Of a stretch of 64,000 nucleotides of DNA, positions 18,535 to 27,300 are shown in pieces. The stretch's first letter is position 1. Each line of letters starts with the position of its first letter. The notes under the pieces were generated by a model that did no database searches, was not told the origin of the DNA, and was given only the letters and a program-made list of their open reading frames with translations. The stretch is from Cyanobacteria bacterium P01_D01_bin.156 (lineage in GTDB: Bacteria; Cyanobacteriota; Cyanobacteriia; Phormidesmidales; Phormidesmidaceae). The stretch lies in NCBI GenBank assembly GCA_039024555.1, contig JBCCQQ010000010.1, positions 53,013 to 117,012 on the forward strand, written 5' to 3'. The position numbers were made by a program, and so were the translations under genes.

Positions 18535-21276
18535 TTACTTAATAGTGCCTCCTAATCGCTGTATAGAGAGGAGTTCATCGTTTGAAAACCCCTGATTGTG
18601 GTAAAAAATGTAGCCTCTGTATTGATCCAGATCACTGACGGTCTCCCACACCCTCAAACACTGCTGATGTTCAAGGTCCCAAAGGCTCACTGTGTGAGTG
18701 TTTTGGCACAGTAACCACTGGCCATCATTGCTAATGGAGAGAGCATAGGGAAGAGTCGGTAGCACGACACTTTTTTCCGAGACGGGCAACCGGTGGTGCC
18801 ATATATCTACCCTGTGATCTACGTCACACAGTGCTAAATATAAACCGTTTTCACTAAAAGCGGCTTTATGGGGTTGGCAGGCGACCTCTAACTGTTCGAT
18901 ATGAGGGGCCATAGAGTCTTCGGGTGAGGTCTGTTCAATGGGGGTAAATGAGCGTACGACTACCTCAGGATTCGAAGTTTGATAGTCATCATTGACCACC
19001 GCTTCAACCACCTGTAGCTCAACATCGTTCCAGCCAAAGGCAAGAAAATGCCCGTAAGGATTTAGAGGCAGGGTCGCTTTTTGAGCCGTGTAGCTGTCGG
19101 CTCTAAGATTTCGATGCCAGATCCGAATTAGATTATTGTGGTCGTGTCCGGCTAGCACCTTACCATCAGGGCTAAATGCCAGGTGCCTGACAATGTTGGT
19201 GAGTTCGGGTAAGGGCGTACCTGCAGTGTCTTCCCACATGAGGTCCCAGAGATAAACCTGCCCACTGCTCACCCCGGCTGCAATTAAATTGCTGTCTGCT
19301 CTTAGACTAGTGCTACAAATAGCTGCCTCACTGGAGAGGTTATCGTAGGCTTGTTCGTTAACAGTTAAATTATCCCAAATGTGGAGAGTCTGGTCTCCTA
19401 GCGTTACCACTAACCGATTATCCTGAGTGATGGCGATATCGTTGATGGGGACTCCTAAATCTTGACACCATTCTAGGGTGAACCGTTGTTGAGTCTGCTG
19501 ATAAACTTGCAGCCAACCTTGTTCATCGCCAATGGCGACAACGTTCCCTTGGGGATGCAAGGCTGAGACGGTCGTGCCCTGTAATCCTGTCATTAAGGCG
19601 GTGTTGTTGAGCTGACAGTCGCGAAAAGTATATGGCTGTAGCTGGGGACTACTTAAATTTACGTGCCACAGTGTTAATCCTGCCCAGATGTCTTCTGGCA
19701 GCTTGAGGTTGAGGTGGTTGGCTAAGTTCAGCAGGTTGCCAGCGGCACAGCTTTGGGGCTGTTTTGGAAATATGATCAGTTGACGTAACAGGCGATTAAT
19801 TTTCTCCCCTAGGGCATTCGCCAAATGGGTTTGTTGAAGAGCGTTAGCTACAGGCTCTAGAAGATACTGTTTAAGTTCTCGTTGAGAGTCAGTGGGGGCA
19901 TTGGGGATAATAAAGGGATATCTGTGAAACAGCGTTAGCTCTTCGCTGGTCAGCTCTTGTAAAAAGATGGTTTGTAGTTTCTCTAGTAGATATAGACGAA
20001 AATAGCCTGTATTGAGCTGACACAACCCTTCTTTTTCGGAATAAAACTCCAGAAAATGTCGCCGGTGCAGTTTACCCCAAGCTTGCATGAGCTGGGGCTG
20101 GGTAAATGGCAGTATTAGGGGCCATTCTCTTATTTGAGTCCAAGAAAGGGGACGAAAGACTAGCCAATATAATAGCTCCTGTTCAGTCTCTGAGTGAGCT
20201 GCAAATATCTGTTCAAAATAGCTGGTTATGCTAGGCGACAGGGGTAAAAGATTCGTGATAAATTGCTCAATCTGATTGGCGTAGAAAGACTTTAAGGTTT
20301 CCACACTCTTATGTATAAGGCTAGGGTTTCCACCGCATAGTGCATGTAGCTTTTCCCAAGCAGCTGCTTGTTGAGCTAGGGAAGACTCTAAATAGGGATA
20401 AAATTTAATTAACAGTGCCTTTGTGTCAGCAAATGAAAGACCGGTTACGGTTTCAATGGGAATTTGTTGGTCAAGATTGGTGGGTTGAACGGCGGTTATC
20501 CATAGCACACAGCTTTTGGTGCTGACTGTTGTTGTAATCTCTCGAAGAAATGTTTGATAGTCAGGGTCGTCAAGGAAACGCTCGCCCTGTTCAATCAGAA
20601 TCAGGCATGGATGCTGGTTGAGAGTTTGAATCACCTGTTGACGACTTTGCTCTAGATTAGGGCTGGATGTTATGTCATTGTCTGGGGGAGCAAGTTTCTG
20701 ATGCCAGGTGAGCCAACTGGGGGATTCGTAAAATGAATGGCGAATTATCTTGGAAAATAGTTTGTTGAGCTCTGGCTCTAGGGTTTGTAGTAAGTGACTT
20801 TTCCCAATGCCGCTGCCCCCTGTCAGTACAACCAGGGGACTACTGCGATCGCAAAGGGTATCTAGCAGCTGCGATCGCACTCCCGACTCTATTTCCACCG
20901 CTGATCTAACAGGTGTAGCATCCCCCTCAGGTGTGGCTATCAAAGAAAAAGAAGAGGAAGCGATCCCTTGGGAGAGCTGTCTGTAGTCTCTGTAACGGCG
21001 CTCGGCGATTTCTTTAAATTTAGGTTTAGTGACCTTATCTTCTTCTGGCCATACTTTACCTAAAAATCTCCATAGCTTAAATCCAATTTCTCGGTGTAGA
21101 GTCTTTGGCGAATAAACTATGCTAGATTGAGCCATGCGTCTAGCCATTTCGCTGTAGGACAATCCTTCCCAAGTCCAGCGCAGAATGGCCTGCTCGGCAT
21201 CCGTTAACGGACGTTCCCCATAGGATTGCACACAGTCATTGACATAGGCTAAGACATCCTCAAAGTCGAACTCCAT
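18535..21276 (-). CDS. N-terminal HTH - STAND (NB-ARC-like) NTPase - WD40 protein
   Basis: LTDAEQAILRWTWEGLSYSEMA...GFKLW (wHTH-like), Walker A GGSGIGKS, degenerate Walker B LILIEQGE, GGNP motif, AAGNLLNL, pentapeptide-like stretch, degenerate WD40s (VRHLAFSPDGKVLAG...IRIW). ATG at 21276 preferred over the track start 21297. Confidence 0.85.
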   Translation of the reverse strand: MEFDFEDVLAYVNDCVQSYGERPLTDAEQAILRWTWEGLSYSEMARRMAQSSIVYSPKTLHREIGFKLWRFLGKVWPEEDKVTKPKFKEIAERRYRDYRQLSQGIASSSFSLIATPEGDATPVRSAVEIESGVRSQLLDTLCDRSSPLVVLTGGSGIGKSHLLQTLEPELNKLFSKIIRHSFYESPSWLTWHQKLAPPDNDITSSPNLEQSRQQVIQTLNQHPCLILIEQGERFLDDPDYQTFLREITTTVSTKSCVLWITAVQPTNLDQQIPIETVTGLSFADTKALLIKFYPYLESSLAQQAAAWEKLHALCGGNPSLIHKSVETLKSFYANQIEQFITNLLPLSPSITSYFEQIFAAHSETEQELLYWLVFRPLSWTQIREWPLILPFTQPQLMQAWGKLHRRHFLEFYSEKEGLCQLNTGYFRLYLLEKLQTIFLQELTSEELTLFHRYPFIIPNAPTDSQRELKQYLLEPVANALQQTHLANALGEKINRLLRQLIIFPKQPQSCAAGNLLNLANHLNLKLPEDIWAGLTLWHVNLSSPQLQPYTFRDCQLNNTALMTGLQGTTVSALHPQGNVVAIGDEQGWLQVYQQTQQRFTLEWCQDLGVPINDIAITQDNRLVVTLGDQTLHIWDNLTVNEQAYDNLSSEAAICSTSLRADSNLIAAGVSSGQVYLWDLMWEDTAGTPLPELTNIVRHLAFSPDGKVLAGHDHNNLIRIWHRNLRADSYTAQKATLPLNPYGHFLAFGWNDVELQVVEAVVNDDYQTSNPEVVVRSFTPIEQTSPEDSMAPHIEQLEVACQPHKAAFSENGLYLALCDVDHRVDIWHHRLPVSEKSVVLPTLPYALSISNDGQWLLCQNTHTVSLWDLEHQQCLRVWETVSDLDQYRGYIFYHNQGFSNDELLSIQRLGGTIK

Positions 21277-21325
21277 AGATTCACGGTAAACGCACACAAC
21301 CCTTACATATTGAGGAGCTTACCGT

Positions 21326-21523
21326 AAGTCATATGACTTTTTTGTGACTATATGACTTTTTTTATGACTTCTTTAACCTCTCTAGGTCCTGACTTTTTAT
21401 AAAAGTCAGTTGATGGTCAATGACTTTTTATGACTTATGGGTTTGAGAAAATCTCAAATCCATGACTCAGACAGATGACTTTAAGCGGACTAATCAGACT
21501 TTTCCCTTGTCATCATGTAGTCA
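21326..21523. promoter_or_regulatory. Dense TGACT(T) motif array (putative multi-site operator) in a divergent promoter region
   Basis: TGACT at 21334, 21345, 21353, 21365, 21390, 21421, 21431, 21463, 21476; AGTCA at 21327, 21404, 21519. Includes palindromes AAGTCATATGACTT and CTGACTTTT-TAT-AAAAGTCAG. Confidence 0.75.
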
Positions 21524-21578
21524 TCGAGCTTAACGCTTTGATGCATGTAGCACATTTATAAATCAGGGAAATCAACCC

Positions 21579-21752
21579 ATGGCTGAAATGTTTATCGGTT
21601 TAGGTCTAAGCGGTTTGCTAATCGTGATGTTTGGCAAGTCTCCTAGCAAGTCCAAACCAAAGCCTGACAATAAGGCAACACTGACTCTGGTTCTCAACGG
21701 CCAAGACTACACGGTTAAGGAAGTCAAGGGTGCCAGTTTTGAACAGCATTGA
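21579..21752 (+). CDS. Small single-pass membrane protein (57 aa), below the ORF-track threshold
   Basis: MAEMFIGLGLSGLLIVMFGKSPSKSKPKPDNKATLTLVLNGQDYTVKEVKGASFEQH*; AGGGA precedes the ATG; hydrophobic N-terminus followed by a basic linker. Confidence 0.65.
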   Translation: MAEMFIGLGLSGLLIVMFGKSPSKSKPKPDNKATLTLVLNGQDYTVKEVKGASFEQH

Positions 21753-21832
21753 TAACAACGGCTGCTGCAAAACTTCTAGGAAATATCCATAGGAACAGCA
21801 GCTACCCACACCCCATTAGGAGGACACAAACT

Positions 21833-22159
21833 ATGTCTATCCGCTCGTACTTAGCATCTATTTTCTACGTTACGCCTTCCCCGATGCCCCAGGCCCTGAG
21901 CTTTATGGAAGCCCATGGCAGAGTAATCGAACCCATCAAACCTAATGCCACTGGTCGTGTAAATCTGCAAGGTGTTTCTTGGCTGGCGCGCTGTCCCGAC
22001 ACGCTACTCCATCCCTTACCGGTCGATACCCCCATTCAAGTCGTTGATCGAGTGGGCCTAACCTTACTAGTGAGACCCATCGCAACAACAGCAGCCATCT
22101 GCGGAGAACCGCGTCATACCGCTCTTCGCTCGGCAGCTGTGGATAACAGTGCCGCATAG
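21833..22159 (+). CDS. NfeD-like C-terminal OB-fold protein without TM helices (108 aa)
   Basis: AGGAGG RBS before ATG 21833; GRVIEPIKPNATGRVNLQGVSWLAR...VVDRVGLTLLVRP is the NfeD C-domain pattern. Confidence 0.8.
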   Translation: MSIRSYLASIFYVTPSPMPQALSFMEAHGRVIEPIKPNATGRVNLQGVSWLARCPDTLLHPLPVDTPIQVVDRVGLTLLVRPIATTAAICGEPRHTALRSAAVDNSAA

Positions 22160-22201
22160 CAATGCTGGAGTATCAACATAAAAACGGCATGATTTTCCCA
22201 A

Positions 22202-22266
22202 GGAATTTGGAATTCGGAGTTAGGAATCTGGAATGCTCACCCTTTCCGAATTCTGACTTCCGAATT
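22202..22266. repeat. Heptamer repeat inverted pair (GGAATTT/GGAATTC/GGAGTTA...TTCCGAA), hairpin-forming
   Basis: GGAATTT-GGAATTC-GGAGTTA-GGAATCT-GGAA...TTCCGAA-TTCTGAC-TTCCGAA-TTC; same family as 14552-14606. Confidence 0.7.
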
Positions 22267-22356
22267 CATTCCTCGCCGAAGTTTTCTGGATTAAATTGAT
22301 ACTCCGATACCGCCCTAATTCACCTGACAAACCATATCGTTCTCTCGGAGATTCCT

Positions 22357-22587
22357 ATGCGTAGAAGTCATCATTACTCACGGTTTTACTACGTTCTTGG
22401 CAAACTATTGCGTGGCTTTTTTATTCTGGCGTACGGCTTTTTGATTCTTAGCCTTTTGCTCGTCATTGCCATGGGGTTTGAATCCGCTTGGGCATTTTTA
22501 ACCACCCTAGGGCCATGGATATTCAAACTTGGCCTTACCCTTGGCTGTGGTGTTGCTATTCTGGCGCTGATTGAATCCTTACCTTAA
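22357..22587 (+). CDS. Small membrane protein (76 aa, 2 TM)
   Basis: GGAGA RBS; two long hydrophobic stretches after a basic N-terminus. Confidence 0.7.
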   Translation: MRRSHHYSRFYYVLGKLLRGFFILAYGFLILSLLLVIAMGFESAWAFLTTLGPWIFKLGLTLGCGVAILALIESLP

Positions 22588-22779
22588 TGCGCGTCCGCTT
22601 TTGATTACCCATCATGATTAGGGCGGTAGGCAAGGCCCACTTTCATGTCGCACTCGATGTTTATGCAGCATAATTTCGAATAACTTCGCCTTACTTCGCA
22701 GTGGTGGTTCTGGCTGCAGACACCTCATTGAGGTTTCCTAGATACCGTTGCCAATATAGAGGCAGCCGTGTCTTCTTAA

Positions 22780-24012
22780 GTGCATATGGTTTCTAGATTT
22801 TTACGTTACCTGGGGCGTTTTTTGCGCCGTTCTCGCACCATCAATAATGAACCACTCAATAAGGTGAGTCTGGTCGTCATTATTCTGGTGGATATTGTTA
22901 TTTTGTCCAATGTGTTTATTGGCTTAAATGATATCGCCCAGTGGCCGATTTCCCCGGAAGCCGCTTACCCCTGCTACGCCGAGTGGAGTGACTACCGAGA
23001 TAATCAGGCCGATGATAAGGATTTTGATTTGGTGCGTCGAGTCGCCAGTAGACAAGTTATAAACGTAACGTCTGCCTATAACCGAGGGGCTGTGGATCGA
23101 CTCGGTGAGGTGAGCCCTGTTTGTTTAGAGTATGAACAGGTTCGCGATGGGGTTCGCCAGCCAGCCGCTGATGCTCTTTTGAAAACGCTAAACCAGAAAG
23201 AAGGCGAAATCACTGCCCTAGAATTATCGAATAGTACTATTCGCCAACAGTACGACTCTACACTCCTCGAAGAGATTGCTGGGCAGCCCCGCGAGCAGTC
23301 TATTAACCAGACCGGAGCAGCCGAGGCGAAGGCCACTCTGGCTGAAAATGATGCCAAAATTGAGACCCTAGAGGCTGAAATCTCAGAATTAGAAACCAAG
23401 CTGGTTGAAATCCCTGAAAGTGCTGCATTTTTAGAATTTCTTGCTCAGGAGCCTACGTTTCAAACGGTTGAGCAAGCTTATGAGAAAGCCAGATTTTGGT
23501 ACCCTACCATTCAGTTAATCTTTCAGGCATTGTTTTTGGTGCCGTTGATGGTGGTTACCCTAGCGGTGTATAAGCTGGCTCAGCGAAGACGCTATGGTCT
23601 AGTGGCGCTGCTTAGCTGGCATCTGCTGGTGATTTTCTCCATTCCTCTCATTCTTAGAGTGTTTGAGTTTTTCCAGGCGGGTGTTATCTTTGCTGTTGTT
23701 TTTGATGTTGTTAGCGCGTTATTTGGCCAACTGCTGTTTTTGGTCAGCTACATCTATATTTTGTTGATTCCGTTGTTGGGTTTTGGGGTAATTAAGCTGG
23801 CCCAGCGGTTTGTGTTTAACCCTAAGTTACAGGCGGCGGGGCGGGTACAGAAGTCACGCTGCATCAAGTGTGCGAAAAAGATAAAGCTGCACGATACTCA
23901 TTGTCCCCACTGTGGTTACCATCAGTATCGAGAATGTGGCCACTGCCATCAGCAGACGTACAAGTATTTGCCCTACTGTAGCCACTGTGGCACGTCTCAA
24001 CCTGTTGGATAG
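22780..24012 (+). CDS. Multi-pass membrane protein with extracytoplasmic coiled coil and C-terminal double zinc ribbon
   Basis: N-terminal TM helix, coiled-coil loop, 3-4 further TM helices; CIKC...CPHC...CGHC...CSHC. ATG alternative at 22786. Confidence 0.8.
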   Translation: MHMVSRFLRYLGRFLRRSRTINNEPLNKVSLVVIILVDIVILSNVFIGLNDIAQWPISPEAAYPCYAEWSDYRDNQADDKDFDLVRRVASRQVINVTSAYNRGAVDRLGEVSPVCLEYEQVRDGVRQPAADALLKTLNQKEGEITALELSNSTIRQQYDSTLLEEIAGQPREQSINQTGAAEAKATLAENDAKIETLEAEISELETKLVEIPESAAFLEFLAQEPTFQTVEQAYEKARFWYPTIQLIFQALFLVPLMVVTLAVYKLAQRRRYGLVALLSWHLLVIFSIPLILRVFEFFQAGVIFAVVFDVVSALFGQLLFLVSYIYILLIPLLGFGVIKLAQRFVFNPKLQAAGRVQKSRCIKCAKKIKLHDTHCPHCGYHQYRECGHCHQQTYKYLPYCSHCGTSQPVG

Positions 24013-24389
24013 TGTCGTAAGCGTAGGGCTTCTTGATAGCTTTAAGTCAGGGTGAGCACTGATGAAGTTGTGGCTGAGATATCGGTGGTTGTACAGATTT
24101 GACGTGCGGTGCAGTGTGGGAATTCTAAACGTGAATTCTCTTATAGCCAGCCTTTGGCAACCTTGCTAGGGGCTTTTATTTCTATTTTATGAATGTTGCT
24201 GAGCACCAGGCAGTTGAATCTCAGATAGTTGTTGCGGATGTTGCAGCCCCCTTGTTTGCGCAGTATAGCCTTGCTGTCAATGTAGTGGTGCTGTTGTTTG
24301 CAGTGATGATCGCGAGCTGGCCCTATAAGGAAACTGAGTAAGGTTTAGTAAGGGTTCTAACATTTGGTGGCTAAGAGATGACGTGTTTT

Positions 24390-27300
24390 TTATTCAGTCA
24401 TTTTGGGTGTTGGTAGATCTCTCGTCCCAGGATGCTTTTCTGTTGTCGCAGGTGTATCGGTAGGGTCATAACCGATGTCGCCTACAAAGCAAAAAGATAG
24501 GGCTAAGTGGAAGGTGTCGCGGTCAATTTCAAACCGCTCTCCTAAGATTCGAGTAATGTCACCTTCAAATCGCCGCCATTCCATGTGGGCGTAGAAATTG
24601 CTCTTAGCGGGTGGGTTGAGGCTTGTGTAGAATTCATTCCACTTTAGAGTCAGAGATGGATTGGGATCTAGGGTACTGACATGCTCATCAAATCGAGCGT
24701 CGAGTTCTTGGAAAACGTCTCGCATGAGGCTGGGATAGCGACCGGATAGGGCTAGGAAAACAAGCACTACTTTTTTGCTTTCTTCTGTGGGTTCGCCCCG
24801 CTTGGACCAAATGACCTTGAGTACTTTGTAAATATTGGTTAGCCGTTTACCGGTGCGGGGGGTAATATCCACGTGGTTGCAGCATTCCACTAGCAGGTCG
24901 AACTCGGCTTGATCAAATTCGGTTACGGCAATGATATTGCCCATGGATTGGCCTGATAGTTCTGATGGCGTTGGCTGCTGGGGCTCTTGTTGTGGTTCTG
25001 GTGGTGGCTCTTGGAACTTCTGTTCTGGTGATTGAGAGCCTATTTTTTGGTCCAGGAGTGGCTCGGGAGCTGATCCTGTTTGTTGTTCTTGATCCGAGTC
25101 TGCTACTTGTTCAAAGTCAGCTTCTAGGCGTTGTTCCAAGAATGGTTGTGGAGTCTGTTGGAGCTCAGACTCTGATGCTGTTATTTGCCTTTCTTCCTGG
25201 TCTAGTGTTTGTTCTTGTTTTTGTCTTGGGGAACGTTTAGGCTTGGCTTTTGGGGCTGATTCCTTAGGTTTACGCTGTTTGGGCGTTGGTGATGCTTTTG
25301 GTGTCTGGCTTTGCTTGGGTTGTGTCTCGTTGTCTGGTGCGATTTCAGTTTGTTCTGGATCCTTAACCTGTACTTGTTCGGCCAGGTAAGATTTTACATT
25401 TTTTTGGGAAATGGGGCGCATGCGGTAGGGGATCTGGATGATTTTTTCCAGATAGTCCACACCGGAGGGTACACCGCCCCGTTTGAGGACGCCCTGATAC
25501 ACTTCTTCGAGGGCACGTGCAATGTAGCGATCGTCAATGGCTAGGACGACGATAAAGAGCTTGGTTTTGAGTAGGAGTTGAACAGCCTCTAGAACCTGCA
25601 CCACCCGGTCGGGGGGGCAGCGGTCTAGGTCGTCGATGTAGACCACAACTCGGGCAGGGCCACGGGGAAAGAGCTTTTTCAGAGCTTCTGCGTTGTGGGG
25701 GCCGGGGGTGAGCTGCTGGGTAAGGTCGTAGAGGTCCTGCTGGATTTGTTTCATTAGGCCCAGATGCTGGCCATAGGCGTTGTCATCCAGGCGGGAATTG
25801 ACAAAGTCTAATAGGGAAGGGGCATCGGCGATGATGCCAATGCGTTGGCGTTGTTCGTTGATTTGGAGTTTTAGTTTGGCGATGTCTTCAGCAATGGCGG
25901 TAGTATCACTCTGCTTTTCCGCCAGTAGGCTTTCCCGTTCGCTTTGGATGCGGGCCTGTTCTTTTTGGACGGCCTGAATGTAGTTCCAGACAATGGGCAG
26001 AATCGAAAGCAGCGCGGCGATCCAAGATTGGAGTGCTGTTGGTAAGCCCGTGGCGTTGAGCCAGGTTTGTATGGTTTGCCAAAGATATTTGGCAAACTGA
26101 AGGATATCGGTGGGGGAGGGTAGGAAGGGAAATTTGTCGGGTTGGCGGAAGTAGACGAACCCAAAAGCCAGAAAGAAAAGAGTAACGAATCCGGTCAGGC
26201 TTTGGAAAGCGGCTGGGATTTTAGCTATCGTTTGTCCTTTGGTAGTGAATTCTTCAATTTGTTCTTCGCTGTAGCGCTGGCGCAGCACTGTATTCAGCAG
26301 GGGTTTCCAGATGGCTGCAAACTTTTCGCGGGAGAGTTTTTGATCTACTTCAAATTCGATTTTGCTGAGGGAGCGTTGCAGTTCCCGTTCTTTTGCCTGG
26401 AGGCTAGCTTCTGCTTTTGTTAGTTGGCGACGTTCTTGTTGGCGGATATCGCTGAGGGTATTCCACAGGTAGTTAGGCTCTTTCAGGTTTTTGAGTTGGG
26501 TTTGATCCAGTTTTTTATTGTGATCTGATTTTTCAAGTTCTTGAGTAAGAAATTTGGTTCGCTTGCTCTCGTCAAGGATATAGATAGATTGCCAGATATT
26601 CCCACCCTCTCTGAGGATTTGGGCATATTGCTCTTGTTCTTGTGGTAACTTTTCAGCTGTTAGCAAGGTTATAAATTCAGAACTGAATTTATCTGATTTT
26701 TCAGATTTGGGATCCCATTGTTGTGCTCGATTTCTTCGTCGTTTCGGGAAACCAACAAAAAAGAAAAATAGACTTAACTCAATAATGTTTTCTATCCAGA
26801 ACTTTTCGTTATCCCATAGCTCGGGTGGGGCGTAGTATTGGCGAAATTGATTATATTCACCAAGTTTACGATTTCCTAGAATGTTGCATACATTGTCGAT
26901 TGCCGAATAAGTTGAATTTATAACCAGGGGAAATCTTGTTTCGAAGCCACTTTCTATCAGTTGGTGAATTGTGCTGACAGCAAGAGAGATAATGCCAACT
27001 AAAATGCTGATAATACCTATGATACTGTGAGTCATAGGTTGATAAATGTTTAGATCTAGATTCTTCAAAAGAGTTGAACTAAAATAGAGCCATGGATATA
27101 CAATTCGCTTTACAGGCTGATATATCCAAGTATCAAATCGTCGATCTGGCTGTTTTAAGTCTTTTTGAGAAGTTTGTTTTTTAAGCCAAAATCGATAGTG
27201 TTTTCTGAAGTTTCTTAACCTCTTCATTGTAGGCCAAGCAATCCTAAGTGAAAACCACTTTTGTCTATTTCGGTTTTGAGTGCGAGTTTTATTGCTGTGG

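Noticed and set aside
24050..24341. Possible 50-aa ORF (MNVAEHQAVESQ...WPYKETE) or gene remnant after the zinc-ribbon gene
   Set aside because: No recognisable motif or RBS; cannot be supported from sequence alone.
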